The notes: generated by a model not told the origin, from the sequence alone. A stretch of 64,000 nt of DNA from Eubacteriales bacterium (GCA_045631145.1 JAZQUE010000074.1:3065-67064), one strand, 5' to 3'. Numbered from the stretch's first letter, positions 29,401 to 38,773 are shown. Translations and numbers: made by a program.

Positions 29401-30703
29401 ACGACTGAACCTCCTTGCTCAACCCTTTCAGATAATCGCCGTACTGATTGAGGATAGCCTGTTTGGCTGACTTGTACTCGTCCGTGCCCTCCTTGGCTGC
29501 TTTCAAGCGGGCAAAGAGGCTGTCAATCTGAACACGTTCTGACGCTACCTCCTTGTTGAACTTTTCTGTCGTTTCGTTGAGTTTCGCTTGTGCCTTTTCA
29601 GCGTCAGTCTGATAGGTCACGAGCTTGTATATTCCATAAGCCAATGCAGCGACAGCAGCAGCGGCAAGTACATACGGGTTTTTAAGGATTGTCGCATTGA
29701 GAAGCTTCTGTGCTTTCTCAACGAGCAACAGGGCATTGTAATGTAACAGCTCGGAAGCCGTCCAACCTGCGTTTACAGAGGTTGCAACCGATTTTGTGGC
29801 TGTCAGTGTAATGAGGGCGGCTTTGTACACGCCATAAGTAACAACGAGTTCGCCGATAATCTCACCGACCTTTTCGTAGCTGTTCACGAGTTCCGTTGCC
29901 GCCTGTATTGAGCCTGTAATGACACCCTCCGAGTTCTCGCCAATCTTGTTGAACATATCTTCGATAGCTCCCTCCAAGTTTGAGATAGACCCCTTTATGC
30001 CCTTGCTCTGCGCTTCGAGCATACCGTTGAACTTTCCGCCCTCCGAGGTTGCGTCCATAAATGCTTTGGTAATCATTTCGGCAGAGATTGAACCCGCAGC
30101 CATTTCCTCTTTGAGCGTACCGATAGACTTGCCCGTTTGTTCGCTGATAACCGACAGTGGGTTGAAACCTGCGTTAATCATCTGCAGCAAGTCCTGTCCC
30201 ATAAGTTTGCCCGTCGATTGCATCTGTGAGAAAGCAAGCACAAGAGAATTGAATTTCTGTGCGTCACCCATTGCAATATCTCCGATAGCTCGGAGTATAG
30301 GCATAACGTTCTGTGCCTCGACATTGAACGAGAGGAGTGTTTGAGCACCTTTGGCGAGGTCACCCATAGCCATAGGAGTTGTTACGGCAAAATCCTTGAT
30401 GTCGCCGAACAGCTTCCTGCCCTGTGTCTTACCTGCAAGGATTTCAAACGACTTTTCGAGGCTTTCAATCTCGCCCCTGACATTGACCACCTGTTTGGCA
30501 AATGCCGCCGCCTGTTGTATAGTGAACACACCCGCAATAGTTTTCCCGACACGGCTAAACGCTGCGTCGATGTTGTTGCCCTCCTGTACCGCCGTTTTGC
30601 CGATACTCTGCAAAATGTTTCTTGATTGGGCTGCGTCCGCTTGCAGGGTTGAATTGTCAATACCTGTGGCGAAATGTAGTCTTCCGTTATCTGCTTTGCT
30701 CAT
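26483..30703 (-). CDS. tail tape measure protein
   Basis: 1406 aa; TMP-like N-terminus (AFAKQVVNVRGEIESLEKSFEILAG...MGDLAKGAQTLLSFNVEAQNVMPILRAIGDIAMGDAQKFNSLVLAFSQMQSTGKLMGQDLLQMINAGFNP). Confidence 0.92.
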   Translation of the reverse strand: MSKADNGRLHFATGIDNSTLQADAAQSRNILQSIGKTAVQEGNNIDAAFSRVGKTIAGVFTIQQAAAFAKQVVNVRGEIESLEKSFEILAGKTQGRKLFGDIKDFAVTTPMAMGDLAKGAQTLLSFNVEAQNVMPILRAIGDIAMGDAQKFNSLVLAFSQMQSTGKLMGQDLLQMINAGFNPLSVISEQTGKSIGTLKEEMAAGSISAEMITKAFMDATSEGGKFNGMLEAQSKGIKGSISNLEGAIEDMFNKIGENSEGVITGSIQAATELVNSYEKVGEIIGELVVTYGVYKAALITLTATKSVATSVNAGWTASELLHYNALLLVEKAQKLLNATILKNPYVLAAAAVAALAYGIYKLVTYQTDAEKAQAKLNETTEKFNKEVASERVQIDSLFARLKAAKEGTDEYKSAKQAILNQYGDYLKGLSKEVQSLQDVEGAYKAVTAAAREAAKARALEAATKDAADTYAEKEADAKEEIMELLNDKFKGQTGADGISLAETYYWKIVPVLEGKQEMTAEVQGIINQFERTGYYGGGMFGGGGSYQYNPMQNQITAAQRARGIFDNTMAEANRLYGGNPQAGSGTEDGGKPTEVVKNKKYWEDYKKEQQGLLDAMTAAQLQTKEAKKIRANIAEAQKQIDAYSVTKGTTAANREQKEENTIAVQTAERNEKIRQYGEDVAREARQAELDIEQARIDGMQEGLEKELAQNELNYKRLTEANLRRQEEMVEALRDKKQLEWENANPKAKEQGLSFDRSSVTAADLSSEQLQIIREYERIASDIRAKANKDSLDKALSEFMTYEQKRTEITEDYERKRKALYVDGDKSKGLREGVTQGNIDELNTQEQNALTAIDEQFAQREASYQAWCEAIANLSLQQLQGVLEQAEKELKKLEESGTADGKQIAVARAKVATAKSKVEKANAQNDVAPNKRSIEQWNDLRESLDDCCKSFDEIGDAVGGVAGEIISTTGNIMASTLSMINGIVQLVNMSATGMQGTATAAETAISTVEKASVILAVISAAMQIAMQIINLFNNDDKKQEEIEALQDRIDQLQWELDNADAVRLQNNSFKAMDMLRKATAEARQELVTLHYRMNNISGVWGTLFSTLSNNNQLLQQSAEKVAKAYANIAYTEDKAIGGAKYSDAKSQLENIAKQQLLIQEQIRNEEDKKKTDHGKIEEWEQQIQELGEQAVTIINEMVEDIIGGSSEDIAKELGDAFFEAFKNGEDYAEAWGDKVKDIVADVMQRMLVSKFLEEPLGEIFNKYKEKWFKDGQFVGLDAVINSMSGFAADLNSVGEDFAVIWESLPDSVKNMFTTTAASREASQEGIATASQESVDELNGRATAIQGHTYSISENTKQLVATAAGILESVLNIEMHTERISARMEKVEENIRDVKSTVEDIVIKGIKIQ

Positions 30704-30715
30704 TGATAGTCATTG

Positions 30716-31458
30716 TTATTCGATTGAATCTAAAAATTTCCTTACTCGCTCCCTGTTGGCAGGGTCGTCGGCTCGTACAATTTCCTCGTCCTTTTTCCCC
30801 TCCGCCGAATCTTTCGGCTTCTTGTAACTCGGGAGAACAGCCCCGTACATAATCAGATTGACGTAACTCATTTCGTACAGGACGTAATCAATGGGGAGGT
30901 TGTAAGCCTTGACAGTACCTGCGATTACTGCCCAAATGCTGTCGTTTCTTCCACTTTCGTCTGTCGCAGCAGGTTTATCTCTATCAGGAAAGTGGTAAGA
31001 CCGAAAAAATCAGCCAACTGCATACGTTGTAGGAGTTGTCCCGCTAACGTGTGGAGCTGTCGGGGTGTCAGGTCTTCGAGAAGCTGACGGGCGAGTTCCG
31101 CTTTACGGTCGATAACTGTTTCCACTTCGACGGTCTTATTAAAACGCAAAAGCCCCCAAAACAGGCGTTTTTCTTTCGTCTGCGGGGCTTTCACTGTTTC
31201 CGTGAGGTGTTTTGCACCAAGCAAAAAAATCGCAACGATTTCGCCCAATTTTTGGCATTCTTTCGCTGCGTATAAACTTTCCTCTGCAAGTCTTTTCTCA
31301 TCGAGCTTCAACTGCGGGAGTTGGGAAATAGCCTCCGAAGCGAGTATCAACGTCGCCGTGCTTGGCGGATAAAACTTGTATATCTTGTCGCCGACCTTGA
31401 TGTCTTCGGGCTGCTGTAAGACAGCCTGTGCGACCTTTTTTTCTACTGTTGCTTCCAT
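30716..31458 (-). CDS. tail assembly chaperone, -1 frameshift fusion product
   Basis: Slippery T_TTT_TTC at 31009-31003 opens a stop-free -1 frame (RSYHFPDRDKPAATDESGRNDSIWAVIAGTVKAYNLPIDYVLYEMSYVNLIMYG...RKFLDSIE*) ending just before the tape measure gene. Confidence 0.8.
30925..31458 (-). CDS. tail assembly chaperone, unshifted product
   Basis: MEATVEKKVAQAV... start at 31458, directly upstream of tape measure gene. Confidence 0.8.
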   Translation of the reverse strand: MEATVEKKVAQAVLQQPEDIKVGDKIYKFYPPSTATLILASEAISQLPQLKLDEKRLAEESLYAAKECQKLGEIVAIFLLGAKHLTETVKAPQTKEKRLFWGLLRFNKTVEVETVIDRKAELARQLLEDLTPRQLHTLAGQLLQRMQLADFFGLTTFLIEINLLRQTKVEETTAFGQ

Positions 31459-31480
31459 ACTGTCATATTTCTGTAATGAG

Positions 31481-31552
31481 TTGCGGGGGAGGGAATCGAA
31501 CCCTCGACCTTTGGGATATGAGCCCAATGAGCTACCGCTGCTCTACCCCGCT
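31481..31552 (-). tRNA. tRNA-Met(CAU), initiator-type (fMet)
   Basis: AGCGGGG-TA-GAGC-AGCGGTA-GCTC-A-TTGGG-CTCATAT-CCCAA-AGGTC-GAGGG-TTCGATT-CCCTC-CCCCGCA-A: cloverleaf intact, unpaired 1:72, A11:U24, GGG/CCC anticodon stem; no encoded CCA. Confidence 0.92.
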
Positions 31553-31647
31553 GTATGTCGGTTTTCTCCTGCCAACCGAAAAGGGTGTCTTTCCACTCGT
31601 CAAACGGTATTGACCGACCGTCAACGGCAGCAACAAAATGGTGTCGG

Positions 31648-32103
31648 TTACGAACCCTGACCCTCTGTATAAGGTTTCACGGTCTTACCTGTCTTCGGCT
31701 TCAAGCACTTCGCAACATAGTGCAACATCTTACCTTCTGCGGTAGAGTATCGCTCCTCGCAACGAACAACGCTGCGGTCAATCTGAATACCCTCGCAATC
31801 GGTGTCCTCGAGAGGTGTTACACGGAAAGCGTGTTCGCCTGAAATCAGACCGTCATTATCTTCAAACGGACGTTCTTTGCCTTTCTTTACGAAAAGGTCA
31901 AACTCGAACGTATAGGTGGTTTTACCGTAACGAGCGTCCACAACTTCGCCACCCTCCTCAGTCGCAAGCGTTTCCGCACCTGCGGTTGGGGTTAGTTTGG
32001 TGGTGTCCTGCTTCGGGGTGTCAATCTCCTTCCAAGATTCGGTGGGTGCCCCGTCAGTTGATACTGCGTGCTTAATGGCGCACTTGCCCCAAGATAAAAT
32101 CAT
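31648..32103 (-). CDS. major tail (tube) protein
   Basis: 151 aa upstream of chaperone; KTTYTFEFDLFVKKGKERPFEDNDG. Confidence 0.65.
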   Translation of the reverse strand: MILSWGKCAIKHAVSTDGAPTESWKEIDTPKQDTTKLTPTAGAETLATEEGGEVVDARYGKTTYTFEFDLFVKKGKERPFEDNDGLISGEHAFRVTPLEDTDCEGIQIDRSVVRCEERYSTAEGKMLHYVAKCLKPKTGKTVKPYTEGQGS

Positions 32104-32136
32104 AACTTTCTAAATTTTTATGTTATTACTTGATTA

Positions 32137-32550
32137 CTACTCATATAATCTGTATCGAAGCTTCACGACGACGAAATGCTGATTGATTTCTGGCTCGGCT
32201 TCGGTATAGATCGTCTGTTGCAACTCAAACAGGTAATTAGTTCCGCTTCCTGACAGGCTATCCACCCAACGCTGTGCAAGAGCTTCGAGAGCTTCGGCAC
32301 GTTCTCCGTCCTCGACTTGAACCCCGTCACTGTAAGGGTCGATGTCAGGGAGGTAGATATTGACTGTTACCACGCCCGTTTGTATCTCGTCAGGAAGTCC
32401 CGTCGTGAATATCACTATGATGTCTTCCTTTCGGCTGTCACGGGGGCGATAACCCTTGCGGTAAATCTCGCCTGTAACCTCCGCAGCGAGTTCACTGTTT
32501 TGGAGCAGGTCGATGATATCCGTCTGTACCTGTTTTGATGTCTTCTTCAT
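32137..32550 (-). CDS. tail completion / minor tail protein
   Basis: Order within head-tail joining module. Confidence 0.55.
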   Translation of the reverse strand: MKKTSKQVQTDIIDLLQNSELAAEVTGEIYRKGYRPRDSRKEDIIVIFTTGLPDEIQTGVVTVNIYLPDIDPYSDGVQVEDGERAEALEALAQRWVDSLSGSGTNYLFELQQTIYTEAEPEINQHFVVVKLRYRLYE

Positions 32551-32552
32551 AA

Positions 32553-32993
32553 TTACTTCAATCCGAGTTGTTTCAACATTTGAGGAACTAACCTGTCAGC
32601 GAGGAGTTCCGCACTATCCTGAACGTCATAACCCTTTGCAGAAACATAGGCTGCGTAGTTCATACCCGCAACTACTATGAGGACTATTCCTGTCGGGTAT
32701 TCTCGGGCGAGCTGCTTTGCATATTCAGCACCCGCCTTTGAACCCTCGTGACCCTGTTTCACTGTTTCAAAACTCGAGATTTGCACGACCTGTCCGTCCT
32801 CCACGATTATGTAACCAAGACTACTTCGGAGGTTTCCCGTTTGGTCTTTGTATGAATCAGTCGAACGGGCGGTATTAAGAACCTGTTCCCCGACGTAGGC
32901 AAAGTTTCTGATGATGAGTTTTCGCCATATCTCCAACTTGCTTTCGATGTAGCCGTTGATTTCGGCTTCTGTGGTAACCTGTCTTATTCCCAT
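32553..32993 (-). CDS. HK97 gp10-like tail component
   Basis: Order and length; RNFAYVGEQVLNTARSTDSYKDQTGNLRSSLGY. Confidence 0.6.
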   Translation of the reverse strand: MGIRQVTTEAEINGYIESKLEIWRKLIIRNFAYVGEQVLNTARSTDSYKDQTGNLRSSLGYIIVEDGQVVQISSFETVKQGHEGSKAGAEYAKQLAREYPTGIVLIVVAGMNYAAYVSAKGYDVQDSAELLADRLVPQMLKQLGLK

Positions 32994-33097
32994 ATCGTTA
33001 TTTTTCTCGAATCTCCCGTATTTTGCGTTTTCTTTTCGCTCTCGTATGTTTTTATGAGTTTGAAAAGAAAACCCGCCATTCGGGCTGAAAACGTTTA

Positions 33098-33415
33098 TCA
33101 GATAAGCAGCCTGATTTCACAGACCGCCTCCAAAGGTTCTACCGACATAATCGAGAACTCTCCGAGCTCTTTTCCTGTACGGTCTTTCAGCCTGATTTGC
33201 TCTGCGTTGAACTCCTGTTCCTCAATCAGTACCGTGTACTGTGCGACAGTGAAATGTTCGCCGTTCACGACCCCGAGCTTGTTATGCTTGTTGGGGATAT
33301 ACTGACAGGGGATAGGCTCTCCCCACGTAGCTTCGGCTTTCTGCGGGTAGCCCTTTTGGTTCAGCCCGCCGCCCGTCTTGCTCTTGACCTCGATTGTTCC
33401 GTTAGCGATTATCAT
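33098..33415 (-). CDS. head-tail joining protein
   Basis: Head-tail connector position. Confidence 0.5.
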   Translation of the reverse strand: MIIANGTIEVKSKTGGGLNQKGYPQKAEATWGEPIPCQYIPNKHNKLGVVNGEHFTVAQYTVLIEEQEFNAEQIRLKDRTGKELGEFSIMSVEPLEAVCEIRLLI

Positions 33416-33750
33416 AGTCTGTTACCCTTGTATCCGTAAATAGGTTTATTCTGTCCCGCTTCCTGTGCCGACAAATACTGCTGTTGCAGCTGTTTGGCTC
33501 GGTTGCGAAGCTGTACACGCTGTTCGTCCGTGAAAGAGAACGACTGCCCGCCCTGTGAAATGTCAGGAGCGAACGAGAGCCACAGAAGCAGGTCTGCGAG
33601 GGCGAGGTTGTATTTCGCCCCACGCAAGACCTCCTGTGTAGCTTCTTCGGTTTGCAGCAGCCCCCGACGCTCGATAGTCTCCAAGAGAGTACGGAGCGGA
33701 ATCGGGTATGCGTTTACCGCTTTCAGGCTTTCAAGAACTGTCGCTGCCAT
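33412..33750 (-). CDS. head-tail connector protein
   Basis: Immediately downstream of major capsid gene. Confidence 0.5.
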   Translation of the reverse strand: MAATVLESLKAVNAYPIPLRTLLETIERRGLLQTEEATQEVLRGAKYNLALADLLLWLSFAPDISQGGQSFSFTDEQRVQLRNRAKQLQQQYLSAQEAGQNKPIYGYKGNRL

Positions 33751-33763
33751 AATCCGTCAGTTT

Positions 33764-34855
33764 TTACTCCCACGCCTTAGCGTCGGTCTTGACATACAGG
33801 TTGCGGTAAGCTGTGTCGAACACAGGAACTGCGTCTGCCTGTCCGATTGTAACTTCGCTCTGCGGCTCGGCTGTACCGTACTTCTTGATAACGGTATGAG
33901 CACGCTCGGCACGGATAATGGTGTCGTTGTTCTCCTGCAGGATGTCGTACTGTGTAGTACCCAAACGCTCTGTCTCGGAGAGGATCAGGCGGCTGTTCTC
34001 GAACGGGTTGCCCGAAGTCGATGTACCGTCTGTGAACTCACGAGTGATAGTTTGGTCGATAACACGCAACTGAATACCGTTGAGCCAAGCCTGTTTTGCA
34101 AGCATAGCATTTACGGCTGTCAGGTCAGGTGTCTGTGCCATACCAACAGCGTTAGCGAGGTAAGAAGCACACGCCTTGATAACCTGTTCAGAAGAACAAA
34201 TCTTGTAGAGCTCGTCGAGGTTCACGAAAGCGAATTTCGGATTGAGCTTGTGGTCTTTGGCATACTTCACGAGTTTTGCCAAGTCACCGATTACGTCGGC
34301 TGAACTTGCGTTAGCCCAATCGGTTTTGGTTGCCTGTTTCAACTCGTCGTACACGTCGTAGTCCAAGTCGAACTCGTTTGCGTAAGTTGCGTTGTTGGTA
34401 GTTGTGAAAGACAACTTACCCGCATTTGAAGCGAGCTTCCAAGCGATGTACTCCAACTCGGACTGAACACCGTTGAAGCAGAAGTCCACGTCTTCGCCCC
34501 AATACTGTACGAGCTTCGTTGCGTCGTCGTCCTGTGCGAAAGCGAGGGCAGTCTGATAATCCTTGATTTCAGAACGGGTAAGCTCACGGCTTATGCTGAT
34601 GAAAGGAATATCACCCTTTGCGCTCTCGAAGATAGGGCGACGCTTACGGATAATCGTACCGTTGTCGGTGTGCAGGTCGGCGGCTACGTTAGCCTTTCCG
34701 AGTTGGTTCTGCAATGTTCGCCAAATGAAGCCATTTACCTTTTTGACAGGGAAATGCTTGCCGAAAAGGAACGGGTTTGCGTCAGCGGTGTTCAGACGTG
34801 CCTGCACCATTTGCTGATTCAATCCCTGAATTAGCGTATTTACAATAGTTGCCAT
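33764..34855 (-). CDS. major capsid protein
   Basis: 363 aa, position after scaffold/decoration genes; MCP-like length and C-terminus. Confidence 0.75.
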   Translation of the reverse strand: MATIVNTLIQGLNQQMVQARLNTADANPFLFGKHFPVKKVNGFIWRTLQNQLGKANVAADLHTDNGTIIRKRRPIFESAKGDIPFISISRELTRSEIKDYQTALAFAQDDDATKLVQYWGEDVDFCFNGVQSELEYIAWKLASNAGKLSFTTTNNATYANEFDLDYDVYDELKQATKTDWANASSADVIGDLAKLVKYAKDHKLNPKFAFVNLDELYKICSSEQVIKACASYLANAVGMAQTPDLTAVNAMLAKQAWLNGIQLRVIDQTITREFTDGTSTSGNPFENSRLILSETERLGTTQYDILQENNDTIIRAERAHTVIKKYGTAEPQSEVTIGQADAVPVFDTAYRNLYVKTDAKAWE

Positions 34856-34866
34856 AATTCGTCAGA

Positions 34867-35436
34867 TTAGTAGTTGATGATACCTGTTAGATACTTAGCC
34901 ACACATTCAGGCAGAGGATTGCCCTTGGTAACGCCGATAACCCAAGCGTCGGTGTCGATGTTCTGTCCCTTTGCGACAGGCTTACCTGTGCCGACGATTG
35001 ATAGCGGAGTGTACTTCAATGCAGAAGTGCTTGCGGTTGATTCCGCAGCCGCCTCGACAATGAAACCGCCTGACTTGATTACACCGAGAGCTGTGCCGAT
35101 TGTGATTTCGTCGTAGGACTTGTTGGTGTCGTTGATTGCTGTAACGGCATAAGCCTTACCGCCAACGTTTACCATAACGAAGTCGCCTACCTTGAAGTTG
35201 TGTCCTTTCTTCACCTTGATAACCTTGTCGGTTTCGGCTACATCAGCCACAACGACGGCAACCTTTACGACGTGACAAATACCGTTAATCGGTGCGCTCA
35301 ATACTGAACCCTCGTTCAGAAAATCGCCGCCAAGCTCGGCAGAGTGTACAGAAACACCACCTCGAATGTCAGCGACTTTGTGCATAATGACACGAGGAAC
35401 GTTGCTGTCCTTGCGTCTTGATACTGTCATTCCCAT
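34867..35436 (-). CDS. capsid decoration / head fibre-like protein
   Basis: Between scaffold and capsid genes. Confidence 0.5.
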   Translation of the reverse strand: MGMTVSRRKDSNVPRVIMHKVADIRGGVSVHSAELGGDFLNEGSVLSAPINGICHVVKVAVVVADVAETDKVIKVKKGHNFKVGDFVMVNVGGKAYAVTAINDTNKSYDEITIGTALGVIKSGGFIVEAAAESTASTSALKYTPLSIVGTGKPVAKGQNIDTDAWVIGVTKGNPLPECVAKYLTGIINY

Positions 35437-35463
35437 TTTCTTTTGATGTTAGATTGTGAAACA

Positions 35464-36168
35464 TTAGAACGGCTGACCTCCCGAAGACGGAGTGTTCTCA
35501 CGGTGTGCGATAGCCTCCTCCTGTTCTTTGGTCAGTGCGCCCCCTTGATTTGAACCGCTTTGTGCGGCGGGTTTTCCGAATACAGCCCCTTTGGCAGCTG
35601 TCGCAGAACAAATGCCCTCAACCTCTGTCGATACCTCGCCAAGTAGTGTTGTGAACTCCTCGTCTGAAAGGTTCTCAATCGGTGTGCGTTCATAAGCCTT
35701 GCGGACGTTCTCATCGGTCAATTTCCCGATTACTGCATTAAGTTGCTGTCTGCGGGTTTCTGTGACACGACCCGTTTTGAGTGCGGCGATTTCATCTGTC
35801 AGCGGTTTTACTGCTGCCGAAACGGCTGCTGCAATCTGTGCTGCGATGTCACCCCCTGCTGCGGGCTGTGTTTCAGTCTGCACGGTTGTCGTAGTGGTCT
35901 GCTGTCCGCTGCCACCCCCGTCAATTTTCTGCCCGTCTTTCAAACCGTACTTCGTTTCGTATGTGTGTACGGCTGTCTGTTGGGCTTCGGTTGCTCGGCT
36001 GTCGCCGTAGCTCTCAATGACCTGCTGAATGGTTACCCCCTCAACAGCGGTTGCAACCTGTTCGGCTGTAACTACAGTTCTTGCCAACTTTGTGGCTACC
36101 CTGTCTAAAATCGCTTCGCTGACCCCCACAAACTTGGCTTTCAGCGCATCCAAAATTGTTTTTTTCAT
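35464..36168 (-). CDS. putative scaffolding protein
   Basis: Coiled/low-complexity acidic protein upstream of capsid gene. Confidence 0.5.
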   Translation of the reverse strand: MKKTILDALKAKFVGVSEAILDRVATKLARTVVTAEQVATAVEGVTIQQVIESYGDSRATEAQQTAVHTYETKYGLKDGQKIDGGGSGQQTTTTTVQTETQPAAGGDIAAQIAAAVSAAVKPLTDEIAALKTGRVTETRRQQLNAVIGKLTDENVRKAYERTPIENLSDEEFTTLLGEVSTEVEGICSATAAKGAVFGKPAAQSGSNQGGALTKEQEEAIAHRENTPSSGGQPF

Positions 36169-36201
36169 ATCGATAATCGTAAACTGTTTGGTTTAATGCC
36201 A

Positions 36202-36241
36202 CAAAAGTAATGGAAATTTTTTAAGTGTTTACAATATAATC
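36202..36241 (-). promoter_or_regulatory. candidate promoter of the head/tail operon with degenerate operator
   Basis: CAAAAGTA (TAnnTTTG on minus) 36202-36209; GTTTACAATATAATC 36227-36241 matches the palindrome at 13/15. Confidence 0.4.
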
Positions 36242-36361
36242 GGGTAAAATTTGGTTTATTGGAGTATATTTCTATAAAAGGAAGATTTACATCACCATTC
36301 CTGTGATTGCACCGAGAATCAAAGAAAATTAACCGTGCAGTTAAAAATACTCGGAGAAAAA

Positions 36362-36394
36362 TTTGTTATTAGCAAAATAGTTCACTTATATTTG
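36362..36394 (+). promoter_or_regulatory. Bacteroides-type promoter
   Basis: TTTG (36362-36365) - N21 - TATATTTG (36387-36394), matching TTTG-N19-21-TAnnTTTG, 49 nt before the 36444 ATG. Confidence 0.8.
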
Positions 36395-36443
36395 CACCGT
36401 GTTTATGAGGTAAACACTTTGATAACCCAAAAATAACAGAAAG

Positions 36444-36683
36444 ATGAAAGCAACAGCATTGAACTATACAACAGCCGAAATCAACCGCAACTACCGCATT
36501 AAGGTTTCAGGTATCGATAACAACGGTAACAAAATCCACAAACTCGTTGGCGTATCGAGAGCGATTGACCTTATCGGCATTGAAATGTTGAATAAGTTTC
36601 TTGACAGAGCAGCCAACTGTATGGAGGACGTTTGTGTATGCAAGCTCCGCAGGGGTATCAAATTCAGTTTCTACAACAAGTAA
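36444..36683 (+). CDS. hypothetical small phage protein
   Basis: ORF directly behind strong promoter. Confidence 0.6.
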   Translation: MKATALNYTTAEINRNYRIKVSGIDNNGNKIHKLVGVSRAIDLIGIEMLNKFLDRAANCMEDVCVCKLRRGIKFSFYNK

Positions 36684-36704
36684 TAACCAATAAATGACAG
36701 CGAT

Positions 36705-36953
36705 ATGTATAGCAAGATTACGAAACTTGAATTCGTTTTTAACGAAGTTTTCGACGCTCACCCGTTTGTGAAAATGCTTATGGATTCAGCTATCACAGAT
36801 TTGACAATGAGCACATCAGCACAGGACTACACCTGCACAGTGGTTTATGAGATTGACGAGGGCTGTATCGACCCACAGGACGCAATCGACGATGACTTGG
36901 ATTTTCTGCGAGGCGAGAATATAACCCCGAAGTCTTACCGCATAATCGAATAA
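36705..36953 (+). CDS. hypothetical small phage protein
   Basis: Co-directional ORF. Confidence 0.6.
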   Translation: MYSKITKLEFVFNEVFDAHPFVKMLMDSAITDLTMSTSAQDYTCTVVYEIDEGCIDPQDAIDDDLDFLRGENITPKSYRIIE

Positions 36954-37097
36954 CCTATGGCACAGATCATCGAAGCAGCATATCTATCAGGATTTGAACC
37001 AAGCTCGGACAACCTGACACCCGCCGCCCTGTATGAGGAGGCACAGGAGTATCTATTGAATTCAATCAGTTTTTAACCCAATAACAGTTTTTCAATT

Positions 37098-38243
37098 ATG
37101 ACACAGCAAGCAACAATGAGCCACCAAGAGGGCTTGAACGAAGTAGTGATGAACAAAGTTCAGAGAATGATTGACGGTAAAGCCGTCGGAGTACAGGCAA
37201 CAATGGAACGCCTTATCAACGAGGGAAAGATAGCACAGGACTATATCGCACCCCTCGGCGTTGAATTGAAGCGAAACGACCACACGCCTGTTATCACGTT
37301 CAACGGCGACGAGGGCTTGAAGATGAATATGCCCGACGGACAGTTCTCGCTCCACGCAAATGCAATCGGACAGCTCGCCGACCGTATGGGTATTCCGCAG
37401 CGTTACCTCCGCACACTTGCGGGAGGGGCTGAATGGCAGATAGCCCTCGCCGCTACAATGTTGAACGAGCACAGCGGTTGGACGCAGCGAAGCCGTGTTC
37501 TCGTGAGAACCGTCGGCACACAGGTAAGAGGTGTTTTAAGCGACAGCTACCGCCGCCTGAACAGCGTTGAAATCCTGACCGCCTTTGTTCAGGAAGCCGC
37601 ACAGCAGGGGGCGGTTATCTCGGACGCTTATATGAATGACACGAAAGTATGGGCGGAAACGATACTCCCGCAGCCGCTTGTTATCCCGACAGCCAAGAAT
37701 GGCGATGTGATAATCTTCGCAGGGGCACGATTCAGCACCTCGGACTACGGCGACGGAGCAGTTGATATGCGTTCGTTCCTGTTGAACGGGGCTTGCCTCA
37801 ATGGTATGGTTCGAGAGAGCGTTATGAAGCAGGTACACCTCGGTTCGAAGCTCCCTGACAACCTCCGACTATCACAGGAAACCTACGAGCTTGACACGAA
37901 GACAACCGTATCAGCCGTTAGGGACTTGACATCGGGACTGTTCAGCCGTGACACGCTCATGCAGAAAGCCTACGAGATACAGGGGGCAAGCGAAATGGAA
38001 GTTGACCTCGACCGTGAGTTGAACAACCTCACGAAGAACGGACACCTGCTGAAACAGGAGGGACAGGAAGTTCAGAAAATCCTGATGAGGAACGACCCCG
38101 AGGACGGCGTTCAGGGAGCAGCCACCCTTTGGAAACTGACACAGGCTATCACGGCTCACGCCCGAGAGCTTACGCCTGAAAGAAGCCGTGAACTACACGA
38201 AATTTCAGGTTCATTGATGAACAGGGTTAAATTACACGCATAA
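37098..38243 (+). CDS. DUF932-like phage/plasmid protein
   Basis: ATMERLINEGKIAQDYIAPLGVELKRNDHTPVITFNGDEGLKMNMPDGQFSLHANAIGQLADRMGIPQRYLRTL...VLVRTVGTQVRGVLSDSYRRLNSVEIL. Confidence 0.7.
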   Translation: MTQQATMSHQEGLNEVVMNKVQRMIDGKAVGVQATMERLINEGKIAQDYIAPLGVELKRNDHTPVITFNGDEGLKMNMPDGQFSLHANAIGQLADRMGIPQRYLRTLAGGAEWQIALAATMLNEHSGWTQRSRVLVRTVGTQVRGVLSDSYRRLNSVEILTAFVQEAAQQGAVISDAYMNDTKVWAETILPQPLVIPTAKNGDVIIFAGARFSTSDYGDGAVDMRSFLLNGACLNGMVRESVMKQVHLGSKLPDNLRLSQETYELDTKTTVSAVRDLTSGLFSRDTLMQKAYEIQGASEMEVDLDRELNNLTKNGHLLKQEGQEVQKILMRNDPEDGVQGAATLWKLTQAITAHARELTPERSRELHEISGSLMNRVKLHA

Positions 38244-38281
38244 AAGACAATCGCCCGCCATTCGGCTTGAAAACAGCGTGA

Positions 38282-38773
38282 GTGGCGGGCATAACTTTCC
38301 ACAATATGGCAGACAATATCAAGACATTACCAAGCGGCTTGCAGTACAGCCGTGATTTCAGCGAGTATGACGGTTGTGTGGTTATGCACAACGCCAAGAC
38401 AATCAACCGTTACAGGGAGCTGCAGGAGGAGAAGTCGAAACAGGACTGTTACCGCTATGACTGTTTCTTCGCTTTCAGTAACCAACAGTTCGCCGAGGGA
38501 TTGAAGAAGATACGCCCATTGAAAGAGGGGGAGAAGCTCGTCAGCGTCGGAGCGGGTATGTACGGCACACGTGACGGGGTTGATAAGTTCTTCGCCGCCT
38601 ATGACGAAATCGACAAGCGTATCAAACAGGAATGCGACCCGCAGGAGGTTTACTTCTATGAGTACAACAATCACGAGAGTATGATTTCGTGGGACGGGGA
38701 CGCTGAACCGTTCAAGATTATCAGGAGGATATGGGGCGACGAAACAGCCGCTAAAATCGTAAGACTTCCATAA
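38282..38773 (+). CDS. hypothetical phage protein
   Basis: 163-aa ORF in plus-strand island. Confidence 0.6.
   Translation: MAGITFHNMADNIKTLPSGLQYSRDFSEYDGCVVMHNAKTINRYRELQEEKSKQDCYRYDCFFAFSNQQFAEGLKKIRPLKEGEKLVSVGAGMYGTRDGVDKFFAAYDEIDKRIKQECDPQEVYFYEYNNHESMISWDGDAEPFKIIRRIWGDETAAKIVRLP

Noticed and set aside
33494-34303. 269-aa plus-strand ORF
   Set aside because: Antisense to the capsid and connector genes; codon shadow.
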